Below, in pieces: positions 36,587 through 50,605 of a DNA stretch of 64,000 bases. The notes below the pieces were generated by a model, which worked only from the letters and a program-made list of their open reading frames with translations, searched no databases and was not told the origin of the DNA. The position numbers and the translations under genes are program-made. Each line of letters begins with the position of its first letter. Within the stretch, counting starts at the first letter, position 1. Origin of the DNA: Auanema rhodensis (lineage: Eukaryota > Animalia > Nematoda); NCBI GenBank assembly GCA_964057225.1, contig OZ059897.1, positions 6,262,001 through 6,326,000 on the forward strand, in the 5' to 3' direction.

Positions 36587-39500
36587 TGTACTAAGAAAAT
36601 GTTCATAAGATACCAGATATCCTGAGACTATATTTACACATTAGATGAATTAAAACAAATAAATAAATTAGAAAAGATGATCAATGTAAATGGAGATCTA
36701 ATATTAAATGTAAATTAATGAATTTTCTAATTTCATTGATTGAGTCAATTCAAATAGTTCATCATTCATATCTATCAGTCAAATGTATCAGATGAAATCA
36801 TTGTGTCAGCTTGTTGCTCTACTTCACTAATTCATCATAAATGCTGATAGGCCTATTAGCTATCTGATAGATGGATAGATGTAAGATCAACTTCAACAAT
36901 CTCACAACATCTGATCTCTTGTACAGATAAAGCTAAATACCAGTTTCAGTGGATATCTTCATCACAAAGCTGTTCAGTCAGTATGTTCCACCAATTATGC
37001 AAATTATTTGTGCAGACCGAAAGAGAGAGAGTGACAAAGAGAGAGAGGGAGGGGGGAGTAGGAGTAAGTAGAAAGAGGACAACATGATGTAGGCTCACTA
37101 TAAGCTTGTAGCATGTTTTCATTGAATTGAACTATAAATTAGTTTAATATAACTACATATCAAACTACATCATTCAAATAAAATTTATAGAATAAGTTTA
37201 AAAGAAAGTTTTTTGGGATTGATACAACTTAGATATATAACATCCATCATACATGAGATTCATGTCTTTTATATCTGCCTATCAATCTTCATAATGCTTT
37301 AACAAGATGATCTTCTAGTCAATTTATTATCTGAGTTCATCTTATGTATGCTAATTTTAAGAAGCGTATTCTTCAACTTAAGCTCTAGAATAGTGTCAGT
37401 TAGGAAACTTTACAATATTATGCAAGTGAAACTACATTCTCACTACTCACAACTGAACAACAAGCTGAAGTTCATGAGCATCTCTTCCATGTTTGTTCTA
37501 ACAGCCAATATTATGCTAAAAGCATTCTACTCTTGGTGGGTTGTAGCAAAAAAACTGTAAATAAGAGGAAAATAATGTTTCTTTTCATAAGAACATCACA
37601 ACTATAGTATTCTGTGAATAATGAAGTTTAAATATACTGGATAACATAGCTAATTCAAAGCTTCTACTTGTTCGTTCAAGTGATTCATTCATTCAAATGC
37701 CATCGTTATGGCTAATTCCTGTAAAATTAGTTAGCGACTAAGTGGCAACGACAGAAACCACTTGTAAATCATTTCGAATTTTATGTTTCGCAATCAGTCC
37801 ATAAGTCTTAATCATGAACTCGTTAGATTCATTCTCTGTTCTGTGACTATATGTATCTGAGTATGATCATTTCACTCAGTCGAGCACTTCAAACGCATTC
37901 ATGCTCAAATGGCTTCAGATTCAGTTAGTCGTCAACTGTGGCAGAGGCGTCTGTACTACTACATAACAGAGAAATCGTCTCTTTCTTCAAGTGTTCAATT
38001 ACGAAAGCATGGAATGTAACAATTAAAGAGAACGGGGTGCAGAAGAACATATGCAGACAAATGAACAATGTCTCCTGATGATTAGAAATGTTGTAGGAAC
38101 AAAGAGGGTGAGAACGGAAGGGAAACACATAGAGAGAGAGAGAGTAAAAGGAACTACAAACATGTGTATTGAGAGAGATAGAGAGATAGAAAGGGATAGA
38201 GAAGAGGTTAAGGAAAGAAGACATAGTTAGTAGTAGAAGTATTTCAGGTCATAATCATCATAATAACTAAAGCTTTTAGAAAATTACAATTGTTCTGAGT
38301 AACTATGACGTAATCGTTGTATAATCGGAATTCTCAAATAAATACTCGATTCGTTAATATTTTTAAGACTTTTTTTTGAAAAAAAAATGAATATTCTATT
38401 TCATAACATTCAAATAATTTTAAATTCAAAATAGTTCACGTAAACTATCACGTGAATTCATTTGACGTGAACTATGTACATATTTATTAAAATTATTTAC
38501 TCTTATGAAAGTATAACAAGCGGTCGTATTCATCTTTTTCAATTTTCATGTTCGTGCAGATCTCATGCAAAGCTTTTCAGTCCGGATTCATCTGTGCATT
38601 TACCGTCATGGAACAGCACAGGAGGAAGTCCACGTGGAACATGGCAATCCGCAAGTTCCGATCCGTCAATAGATCAACACGATGGTATGGATGATGGATG
38701 CTTTTTAGAAGATACATCATCATTTGGAACATATGATAATATATGTGATGAGCATATCTATCATGAACTTGAGGTATAGTTTTGTATTTCTATTCAGTTT
38801 CTGTATGGTACAATCATTTCAGATGATTTGCCGACGTCCTGATCGCTCATATAGCTCAGACTGCTTATCATCTTCGGAACATGAATCACCGCTACCTAGC
38901 CGCGACTCTCCAATTTATGCTCAGCCATGGGTTCACTACCCTTCATTCCGACCTCAGCCTCAGCCTCAGCCTCCTACCTCATCTGTTCCAGTATCATCTC
39001 CTCTTATGTGTCGAAAGCTTCCTCAAGAGCCACACAATCTACAGTCTCAATCGATGCATAATAATTCCACTTTTCAACCATCCACTACACAAAATTATAG
39101 TGCCATACAGCCAGTAACACGTCGTCAATTGCCACGTCGTCCAACGTCACCAATATATGCTACACCATACTTTGGTCCAATGGCTAGGCCATATGTAGAA
39201 GAGTTTGGAGAGAAAGCTAATAGCTTTATATATCCCAACAGTTTTTTTAACCGTTTGGAAGCAACAAATCAAAAGAAAGAAGCTCCTCGTAACATGGAAG
39301 AAGCGGAAGAAGAGTTTCTTGAAGAACTTGATGCACAAATTAATGAGCTACAGGTAATTATAATTATATAAAATACTGAAATTTTCATTTTCATTAATCA
39401 AAATCCTTTAAAATTTTGATATATTTCACGATTTTTCAATATAAAGAAAGACCGCTAGACATCTTGTCATCATTAATATTTTCAACTGGAAAATGCTTTT

Positions 39501-40048
39501 GCTAATGCTCTACCATTTCCTTTGGGACAAATTTCGTTTTGCTAGTGTGAAATATGGCCTCAAGTCCAAGTATGACGACAAGACGCCGATCTGAGGTTTC
39601 TGTTTCTCAAAAGATAAATATCCTGCAGCTTGATAGTTGTCTAAGCTGGAAATTCTTTGAACTTTAGGCCATTCCTATGCTGAATATAAAATAAATTTTA
39701 CTTTCCTTTTCATAGAAATATGATCAATAGGCCTCTATTGGGATCTTTATAATTATTCTTCGGAAAGCCCATTTATCATTAAAATCATTTTGAGTACACC
39801 AGTTGAGGTCCAACATACATTTGAGCATAGAGTTTAATTTTTGTTTCTTTTTCATCGAAAACTTGGAAATGGAAAAATATTTACAATTTTATGTGTTTTT
39901 AAGATCAACTAATTTTTTTCTTTTTTTTCAGCAACGTTCCGACGAGCTTCGTCATCTGGTTGAACGTGCTCGCGTCCGTCGCGGTACAAACCACACAACT
40001 CAATGGTCTCGTCCAGTTCTTGAATGTACATTTGAGCTTGAGTTATAA
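32623..40048 (+). CDS. Uncharacterised, largely low-complexity protein (~393 aa) with a C-terminal coiled coil
   Basis: Exons 32623-32787, 33613-33661, 34593-34719, 38581-38773, 38823-39353, 39932-40048 join in one open frame with canonical sites; TTTTCAG just before ATG; motifs IRTNPW, CSSGYGSQD, HIYHELE, PIYAQPW, FLEELDAQINELQQRSDELRHLVE. Confidence 0.8.
38431..38526 (-). other. Bipartite element (CGACCG-N22-AAATAATTTT) plus downstream ACGT hairpin
   Basis: Perfect 11-bp inverted repeat ATAGTTCACGT/ACGTGAACTAT at 38431-38475. Confidence 0.45.
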
Positions 40049-41557
40049 ACCCGTGTACTTCAGGAAAGTTGTGAAGCATTAATTGATTTACAGCATGGTT
40101 TACTGTTATTATTCAGATTATATATAGCTCAGTGTTTGTTAATATATGAATTTCAATAGATTTTCAAATATTTTGAATAGAAGTAAGCAAACCAGCCTCC
40201 ATTATTGATTTATATTTGATACATATTGTATTATTATTTTATCTTTCATAGTTTTCACTTCATAAATTGGCTCCTTCTTGTTGTACAAGGAGGATATAGT
40301 GAAGATCTTCTGTCATGCTATTGAGAATCTAAAGACCTAATGCTTATTAGGTTAAAGAAGCAGAGTGAGTGGTTTTCACTCACTTCTTCGAAATGGAAAT
40401 ATATCTAAAAGCCTCCAGATCGATTATGGGTTTTGAATTGAAGCAAGAAGAAATTGAATAAATAGCACATTGAATCTATCCCTTTTCGATAACTTTCATC
40501 AACTCGAAGTAGATGCTCTCTGAAAACCATTTATCGTCATCTTCCTTCCTTCGATCTTATAACTCGATCCATATAGCTAATTTGTGGTTAAGTGCCCACT
40601 CTTTCTCCCTCTTTCCCTCCCTCTTCCCCTTCTAACCAAGTTCTGTAGAGAGCAAGTAGATTTTGAGCCAAAATTGGAATTGAAACCTCTCATACACCTG
40701 ATCTCATAGGGTATCTTAATATGCCTTGCAAGCAGCTAATGTCCTCCTTTGATATTACAATTATCTTATATATCCTACAGTAATCCTGTTTTATAATTCA
40801 AAATTCATTAGACTTTTAGTTTATTTGTTGTAAAAAATGTTTATTATTATTAATCTTCAGCAGAAAAGAACATTTATTTCCTTCAAATTATTATGAGCTT
40901 CACACCTTCTACAGGGTTTTTGATTTCGTTTTATTTTGTTTATTTTGTTTATTATCTTCATGTTCAACAAACAAACACAAATTTTTAAAAAAGAAAAATG
41001 TATTTAAATGATTTAATACAAGCCTATGAAATGAATATTGCTTTGATGTTGTTTGTTTTTGTTTACAAATTATTAAAATAAACAAATATATAATGCATAT
41101 GTATACATCTACTTGTACCGGATGTTACATCTTCTTATTGATTGCATAGCTATGATTCAAAGAAACTCATTAGTGCATCTATTACTTGAGTACTTGTCTG
41201 TCAGGCTCTGATTTCAATATGTTTGTCTAGTAATTACAGTCAAATTGAGCAGTTGAATGAGAATATGTTGAATGAATAATGCTTTCAAGTTTCATGTAAT
41301 TAAGTTTAATTTTATAATAAAATCTTATAAATCAAGTATATTATACGTATAGTTAAATAGATTTATTACAAATAAAATAAACACAATATGCAGGTTGAAA
41401 GTATAATAATTATGAGGAATGAGAAGTAAAGAATATGAATTTTCACTGAAAATACTTGACTAGACATGTTGAGCACCGAGGTGGGCATCGAATAAAATTG
41501 ATTATCATATGAATATTATATAGTAAAAAGTATTGAGCACATAGGCAACGCCAAGTT

Positions 41558-43521
41558 TTAGTCAATAGGTTTGAGAATAAGTTGGAGATGTAGTTCTCCA
41601 TCAACAACGTATGGAGAATCTTCTGATAGAAGATCACTGATTTCTACACGTTTATCAAAGTCAAGATCAGCCGAATATCTAAAAGATCATGTATATGATT
41701 CAATCTCTCATAATTCGTTTATACCTGGCTTTTGTGAAATTCTTTTTACCAACAAATGATTTTAAAACTTTCTTTTCATCCACTATTGATAACATATATT
41801 CAATTGATCTATAATAATTTGATTTTAGTTTACTATACATATAGTTAGAATAGATTAAACCTTGGTGAATCAATATTTTCAGCTACAAGATATGCTTGAA
41901 GTGAATCATCATGCCGACTATATGATGATCCACAGATTTTCAATGTCCATTGCCATGTTTGCGAAGGAAATGTACAAGAACGAGTTGAGAACTAAACGTT
42001 TCAAGTTGAACTTTCCAATTTTTTTCAACTTAAAACTTACTTGAAAAGCATGATCAATACCATTTACATATAAATGATTAACAGAAACAGACAAATTCTT
42101 ATCCCAACGAATATCCGTATATTTTCGTAATAGAAAATGATTTATACCAAATTCTCTTAAATTTACTCAAATGAGTTGATTGATTTAGATTGCAGTGACT
42201 TACTTCTGATTTACTCTACTTGACAATGGTAATGCTTGCCACTTGTATGCCAGCATGATTAAAGGATGGAACATCTTTGGATATGCTTCCGCTATTGGGC
42301 TTCGTTCTATTTGAGATAGCTCATCAGCTGTCATAAACGCAAACCTAAAAGTTCATTAGATATTAGAATCAATTCTATTGACATAAGTACCTAATTAACG
42401 GAAGTAGTTGAACCATTAAAGGTGCTGCTGTAGCACCTCGTCTTTCGGGATGATTCGGAGCTTGAATCCATTTAGTGACTGCTTCCCACACTTTATATTC
42501 ATCTAGGTAAGTGATAGAGCATATAACTAGAGTTTGCAACTTCATTACAAACTTGCTACAACAATTCTATTTGATCTCAAAATCTCTAGCAGTTGATCAC
42601 GATCAAGTGATAGCCAACTCTTTTCCCATTCCTCTGTTAATAATGTTTCAAATTCTTTTGCAATAGATGAAATACAGGCCCGTATTAGTGTCTAAAATTA
42701 TAATTAAAAATGTATTGTTAAACTGAACGAACTGGATGGTAGGCTTTAGTTGCATAAGAGAACCAAATATTGAACAGATCTTTAAGCTGGAGTTGAGGCA
42801 AGATTTCACTTATAACATACTTGATACAAACCTACATTAATGTTTACAAATATATCTTTCATAATGAATTTCATAAGCTTTACCGTCTTCAAGTTGGTTA
42901 TGTTATACTTATCAGCTAAAATTAGTATTGGTAAGCAGTTTTCCTGATGTAATACCACATGATTACAATATAAAAAGCGTAGAAAAGCATTGAAAATCTT
43001 CTGACAAGCTGAATCTTCAACAATCTCCAAATCCTGGAATATACAACATGTTTAGCTTATTTTCTCAAAGCATAGTATACGTACTGTTTTACCACCATTC
43101 CAACGATCACTTAACATGCTTTCGAAAACATCACTACTTTTGGCTAAGATTAAACGATGAGCTGGATAGCTTAAAACAAACAAAAATAAAATAAATTATT
43201 AGTTTAACTATATGAAAGTTATAATATTTTATAAAAATTTCTATGTACCTGTCATCTCCAACAATAATATTAATATCACTTAAATGAGCATTATTGAAAT
43301 ATTTTGCATAATCATTCATACATTCTCGATCATCACCAAAACAATCCATACCTAAATTTATATTTTAATCAAAAAATTTTAATATTATAAGATATAATTA
43401 ATAAAAATTATAATTGTTAACAGCATTGAGTCCATATTAGAAGTAGAAAATTCATTGTTATCTTACCAGCTGGTTCATTTTCAGATATTTGTAGACGATT
43501 TTTTATTTCTCGTGATGTCAT
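41558..43521 (-). CDS. BTB/POZ-BACK protein, BTBD17-like (probable Cul3 adaptor)
   Basis: Twelve exons in frame; LSDINIIVG..YPAHRLILAKSSDVFESML, FLRFLY, LILADKYNI..LK..C, WLSL..DQLLEILRSN....EYKVWEAV.KWI, LLPLIRFAFM, LRKYTDIRW. Confidence 0.92.
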
Positions 43522-44074
43522 TCTAATAAAATATAAATAGTTACCAAATTTAGAAATATTATTTAAATAAATAAAAATTAAATAAATATTATATTATTTA
43601 TATAATTTTTATATTTTCATTATATGAAATAAGTAAATGATTGCCATAAAAATAGATTTAAAATGTTTTTATATGAATGATCAGTCTTATAGCAATTGAA
43701 TGAACAAGCAAATATTCGCACCAAATAGAAATATGAGAAACTACAATCAGTTAAGAATGAAGAAGAAAATAGTTAACGCCATTTAACTTAAATTCAATTT
43801 GTTTTTGAAAAACTTTAAAAAAAAATTGAAAGGAAAAGCTTCATGTTGATAGAAAAAGTGCTGTTTCAGCTCAGGACTGTTTAGCAAAAAAAAATTTCAC
43901 ATCTATGTCTGTATCTTCTTGTTCGCACAAAAGCTTCTATAGGGGTTGTCGTAAATGGCTCCTATTTCTTCATCAGAAAACCAAGAACTTGAACTGGTTC
44001 TTGACTATTATAGCAACTGTAATCCCATTTCATTCACTTTTTTCTTCTTATACTCTATCTTTCGTTTACGCTTA

Positions 44075-44164
44075 TCACGTAAAATTTCATTTACGTGTAT
44101 CACGTGAAACGTCTGTTTTGACTATTATTGTCATTTATTGAGATTTCTGCGCAAAGTACGGTTG
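44075..44164 (-). other. Bipartite element (CAACCG-N22-AAATGACAAT) plus downstream ACGT hairpin
   Basis: TCACGTGA 52 nt from the G of CAACCG; TTTACGTGA further on. Confidence 0.5.
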
Positions 44165-46033
44165 TGTCTACATTATCTTCAACATTTTTCTCAACTTGTT
44201 TTCTATACGGCGTCAAGCCAATTGTCATTTCGTCTCCTTACTTCTTTCGTTCGCTTACTCAAATTTTTCATTTCTCTACTTTTCGCTTTCTTTATACTCA
44301 ACCCCGTCTCTCTATCTCTCTTTCTTAATTTTTTATGAAAAGTCGTTACGTTACCTTATTCTTCTTTTTTTACTCTTTTCTTATATCTATCAAAGACATT
44401 CACAATAATTTTCTCACTTGTTTACGGTTTCTGGATATCAAACCAGTTTCCATCATTTTGAGTTCGATTTGTGAATTGTTAAACACAATACGAACTATTT
44501 AGTTAGAAATGTTCCGAAAAATTATTTGTTTGTCATGTATAATATACATATATAGTTGCATGTATATACTTACAAGACAGGAAGAAATACAATAAGGAAA
44601 TGTAATTAAAAACAAAAAAAAATGGAAAACAGACAAATTATATGAAATGGTTTAAGAATCAATATGCTATAACTGTGTTTAACTATATGTATGAGTGATG
44701 GAAGGTGAGAAAAGCTATCAAAATAGTTTTGTTGTGAAGAACGAGCGTGATTATATGATAATTATTAGGGAATTCAATTAAAAAACATGAATTCTTGTGA
44801 TAAGAAGCCAACAAGAAGAAAACATAAAAGGCTTCGTCATCATCAAGATGTTTCTGACTTGTCTTAAGATTAGGCAAGCACTTGTCAGCTGATCAGGTTG
44901 ATTGTTCTCCGCCTACCGGCTATAGGAAAGATCATGCGGTCAATATGTTTGACCGGTACAACCAGCTTCTATCATGCTTCAGTTGAGAAACAAAAAAAAA
45001 ACTTTTTTTTTTCTTTTTCATGTATTCATGTATTTCAAACATAAGCTAAAGCTATCGTATAGTTGTCACATCATAGTCACCTTAAGGGAAGGAACGATGT
45101 CAAGATGCAGAAGGTTGTTTATGAGATTTGTTAATCAAAACAAGAACGTCATGAAGATGAGGAATGCTATTATTCCATTTTCAATAAAGCAAAAGAATCA
45201 ACAGACAAATAGATTTAGCGCTAATTATGCTTACCATAAAATCTTTTGTTTTCTTTTTGATTTCAAGCCAAATAAACAAATTTAAAATGTACTTAAATAA
45301 GCTAAATTCAAACTTTTCTTTCATTTTCTTATCTTCAATTTAACAAATGGACTTGTTTTTTCTTATTTTCAGAATATTTTTTTGAGAAAAAAAAATAGTT
45401 TTGAAAGGAAATATAACTAGAAGCTTGTTTTTTTGTTTGTTCATTACCATATTTACAAAATGGATAAACACATTCAGTCAACTTTCTTCGCATATACCTA
45501 TGATTCAAGGTTGAAAATATTTTTTTTTAAATTGATATTCAAAAAAAAATTTAAATGAACAACATTTCATCTTTGAATACAAAATCATTTCATTTTGTTA
45601 TATTGATAAGTACAAATTTAACTATTCTTAATTGGAAAAAATATATTAATTGAACCAGTTTTTTGTAAAAAAATTGTTCTTTTACGAAAAAAAATAGAAG
45701 AAGAAACTAAACAGTTGGTAACTTTTTTTTTTTTTTTGCAAAACAAATTTAGTCAAATAAGGATTATAGCTTGTCCAGATGTTCAAAATTTTGTTAATGC
45801 TTTCTCAAAATAGTAATATGATCAGCTGTGTGTTTATATATTAAAGATCGAAATTAAGATAAATATCAATGTAGTTTTATGCTATGAATCCTAAATATAG
45901 AGATCTGAAAAGAGAGGAAGAGGGAGAGAGAGACAGATTGACAGAGACAGAGAGAAGAGGAAGCTTAAAAGTCCAAAAATAGTTTTATTGAAGCAAACGA
46001 AAGACATTACATATCATAACAGGTTGACTATTG

Positions 46034-46424
46034 CTATAGCAATGCTTTGAACATAAAAGGGAAAAAAGGTTGTAATTGATAAAACTTACTCCAATATTCC
46101 TCAATCCAAAATTCATCTTCGTCAGATTCCACCGAAAGCTTGTTTATACCAGTTGTGATAATATTATTATTAGACGAGATCATGGTTACAAAGGGTAATA
46201 AAGCTTAGGTTAAGTGTAATTATTGATCAACTTCAAACTTTTAAATTGAAAAAAAAGGTTGAAAAGGACTAAGTACGAATGATACTCTAGATGAATACAC
46301 ACGACTTACAGTTCAACTCTAGTTCATCAACGTAGCAACGGCTCAATGACGAATGCTCATAGTTTGTACGGAATGTCCTCGTCTCATCAACATCGTTCAA
46401 GCCATTTTCAATCATTTCTGCCAT
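46034..46424 (-). CDS. Putative small acidic protein (~79 aa), three exons
   Basis: MAEMIENGLNDVDETRTF...LELN/SLLPFV...ESDEDEFWIEEYW/TLL*; two GTAAGT donors, AAG acceptors, AATAAA ~45 nt after the stop; no recognised homology. Confidence 0.4.
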
Positions 46425-47521
46425 CTGGTTATATTGAAGTTAAGTTTGTTTCTTTGTTCCGATAGGCGCCAATTCTGTAATACTAAAGGTTTTGTTAAAG
46501 ATAAAATGAGGTTAACATCAAATCCAGGTGTATTGAGAAAGATTTTCGAAAAAAAGGAATGAAAGATATTTGTCAAAAATAAATGAGAAGATGGAAAAGA
46601 GAACGAGTACTATTTTCAATAGAAAAAGGGTAAAATGTAATGTAGTATATCTAATGAAAAAGTACAAAAAGTGTTTTAAAGTTTCAAGTTTAAAGTTCAA
46701 AAAGGTTGTAAAATAATATTATAAACTATATATATATATAATTTTAAAAAATTAATAAAGAATATCCTTGAAGACTGTATGAACAAGCAGATGTTCTCAA
46801 TTCAATAATGAAATATATTTTGAAGGACACACACACACACATATATTTTAATGTTTAGAGAAGAAACATAGAACAACAAACATCATTCATAACTATTTTG
46901 ATTGAAAAAGATTATTTTTGATAAAAGTTGATCATGACAATAAAAAATAAATTTATTACTTTATAATATGAATAATTAGTGTGTTCTTTCTAGAAAATTA
47001 CATTCAGATGTAGCATGTTATTCTTGAAACATCGGAACACATGTAAAACTATGTTTGTTTGAAGATTTTTCATCTTTTTAAAGTTTTCAACATAAAAAAC
47101 TTTCCATAAATTCTTCAACAAATGAAAAAAACTGCCAAAAATCAGACAAATAATGAAGATATTCCATGAAAAAATAGGGAAATGTCAATATTTGGACATC
47201 ACCCGCACCTACAAAGCTTGAAACTCAGAAAGTAAGAAGAATGTGACAATACAGTCATAGTATTGTTCAACTTGAATATTTAAAATTTGTATATTTTTTC
47301 TGAAAAACATAACAACATTTGAATGAAAAAAAAATTTTATTAATTGAGATCGAGAAATTCATATAAAAATAAAAATATTTTTGTATTAATTATGTATAAT
47401 AATACAATTTATTTATATATAATTTATGTAATTATAAACATGATTATTCAATTAATATAATGCAGGCTGAGGAGGTGTAATATTTCTTCTTTTTTTATTT
47501 GAAATTAAAAAAATTGTAAAA

Positions 47522-50500
47522 TCAAATTAGTGGAACTACATGATGTGATCCAGCTATTGTCATCTGTCTACTGTATATTCTATCTCGCTGACTGAAAAAC
47601 AAAAATTATTAGAGTAAATTCAAGAGATACTCTGCCAATAAGCATAATGCTTATAGCTTATGTCAGCAGCATCATCATGCACGTACGGTGGTGTGTAGTG
47701 ATCCTGAGTATTGCCACGTTGTAGTCGAACAGGATTGGATGACTGCTGCTGATATTCACGGACATCACGTGGAGCATAAGCTGGATCGACTCTACTCCAT
47801 TCTCGGAAAAGATTGTCACTTTTCGTATCCACACTAAAATCTCGCTGTAATCGAGCTGGAGTCGATATATGAGGAGAACTGATGTTACAATTTCGATTCA
47901 TTAATGATAATCGACGCTGTTCTGAAATAAGAAAATGAAATGTACTAAGCAAACAATAAACAAATAAACAAATTGTTTTGTTTCAAAATAATCATAACGT
48001 TCAATTGAATTACATACCTAAATCACTTTTAAGCGAATCAACACTACTTGTGAACAAGGGATCATGTGCTGATGATTCAGTACTGTTAGTTGAATCCATA
48101 GAAGAGACTGCAGTAGTTGATAAAAATTTTCTTTGAATTAGTAAAGATCTGAAATATTATGAATATCATCTAACTAATCTTAAACTTCATTAGGTAAATT
48201 TCATTCATATTTCATGCTTGTAGGGTTTTATATAAGTTTTGGGTATGTATTTGTAGGACGATTGTTTAATATTATATGTAACTATATACATATATTTACA
48301 TATATAGTTAAGCTATTGATTCATTTAATTGAGATATTGCATGGTTCGGGTATTTAGCAAGACAGGAAAATATTTGTTTGTGTCAAGTCATGCAGGTTCC
48401 ATAACAGTATCAATCTGGAAACCAAACCTACAAATTCTTCTGCATTCTTCGATTCCAATGAACATCAGACATCCGTCTGGTGACAGAACGCTTATGCTCA
48501 CTTTCAAACGATTCTCCATAATATGCATGATCCATTGATTTTGAGAATTGTTGAAGTTCTAAGCTTTCAGGTATAACTTCAGTCAATTTTCGATGCCAAT
48601 AATCGACATGATCATGTGATTGATTACGACGACTATAATCATAAAACTCTTCCCGTCGTGGCACTTCCGATGCTGGCATCATTGAGTATCGACGTCGTCG
48701 AACCGCATCCGGTACAGGAGCAGGTTCATAACGGCCACGACGAGCGGAATACGCATAGACATCAGTATTTGGTGCACCCGATACCGAGGCTCGTGGTCGC
48801 TTTTTATCGTGTTGAGTAAATGCACTCACACGCTTACAACTGGCCCTAGAAGAGAATTTTCGAGTCATTTTCTTTATCAAATAGCAAAAAGTTGTAAAAT
48901 GGAAAATGAAAAAAAGAATGAGGAAGGGAGGAAAAGGCGTAATGATACCGAAAACTACGACGTCGATCAAGTGCTTGATGTTTTGCGCTCTGATATGATT
49001 TGTGTACAGGACTGAAAGTATCTTACATGTTCCTAACATTACTCCCTGATAATGTAATCAGAAAATCATTTAACTTATAATATACATTCGTTTATACGTT
49101 TTTATGTGATATAATGCATGTTCTCATAAGATTTTAGTTGTTGAAGTTTCTCTAAATCTTATCAAACATACTTGTATTTCATTCGCTTCCGGTCAGCATT
49201 ATCTTCTTCTTTTGGCTTTGTCTCTAATGCAATTGATTGACTATCTGTATTTGAATCAAAAGAAGTAGAAGCAGAAGATGGATCAGAAATTCCTGCAAAT
49301 AGTACAATAAATATCAGAAAATGAGACTAAATCAACACAATAACAATATGAAATTAAAAAAAAAGAATCATAGATGTCCGAAGTATACTATGACATTGGA
49401 AAATGGATATGCTCATGCCAGGGAGTTCTACACATGTTAGTAGCCTACCTAGTGCGTGCAACTGCTCTAAATGGCCTTTTGCTGCCCAAAGGGAATGACA
49501 TGCTTTGCTAACAGGCGATTCCTATAAAATAAATAAAACAAATCTTCAATCACCATTATTGCGTGTTACATCATTGGCATGCTGCACTGTAGCTTGACGT
49601 ACAAATTGGTTCCGTTGCTCTGTCACAGAAACAGTACGCCTATCAGCCATAGACATTCGACGAGCATCCAGCGGTCGCGAACGATCATCGAATGATTTCG
49701 CCTAAATTTTGTCATATTACATAAAAATCAAATTAAAACAAAATTAAAATTTAATTTTCAACCGCTTTGGTCAGTAATGAAGTTGAAAAATGAGTTTTAA
49801 CATTATCACTCACTTCACGCAACTTTCACGTTCACTCATTATATGCTAATTCGTACCTGGCGTTGGAATTGACGAACAGATAATGAATGTTGTTCTTCTT
49901 CTACAGGCTCATTAATAGTTGGAATAAACATAGTTTGAGGATATATTTTATCCGGAGGATCGTAACAAGGATCAGGAGTATACTGTTCTTGTTGGACAGC
50001 TTCATAGCTTGTTCGCGATGGATATCGTTCACTTGTATTATTATATTGAAATTCTTCTGGCTAAAATCAATTCATATTTGTATATTATATATAATTTTCA
50101 CATATAATTTTCTTACCCTATTGTAATGATACGAATAGTGAGCTGCTTGTTGATGTGCAGGAGGAGAAGAGCACTCAGGATTCCATGATCTAGAGTATGC
50201 ATGACTTCGATCATAGATGCGATGCGTTGTAGGTGGACAAGGCGTTGAATTCTATTATTCAATTAACTATATGTAATAGATAACCTGATTTCAAACCTGT
50301 TTCTTTGGCATATATCCTGGAATGTGAACAGCATCACTTCTAGCAAATGTGCTCATACGACGATGTCGCTCTTCTTGCTGTTTAATCTGAAAGTACAGAT
50401 ATAGATACATATTATTTCATCGAATAATTTTTGTTTTTTTTGTTTCCAATAATTGATTAAATATCAATAAGTTATATTGATAACAATTTATTCTTATAAT

Positions 50501-50605
50501 TTATAATATAAAAATAATCATTAAAATGCTTCATTACACTAGCTTCATCCAATATTTCAACTTTTTGTTCATAAAAGACCTTGGCACATGATCGTTTATT
50601 ACCAT
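47522..50605 (-). CDS. Uncharacterised Ser/Arg-rich protein; 5' end uncertain
   Basis: About 11 exons join in frame: IKQQEERHRRMSTF / NSTPCPP / PEEFQY / AKSFDDR / ESPVSKACHSLW / ISDPSSASTSFDSNTDS / KASCKRVSAF... / SLLIQRKFLST / LQRDFSVDTKSDNLFREWSRVDPAY / QRDRIYSRQMTIAG; first exon tentative. Confidence 0.75.

Noticed and set aside
34166-43868. Canonical Ruby motif CTGTTTCA at 34166 and 43861 (also in coding DNA at ~7336)
   Set aside because: A few hits are expected by chance at this base composition, and there is no well-placed YRNT
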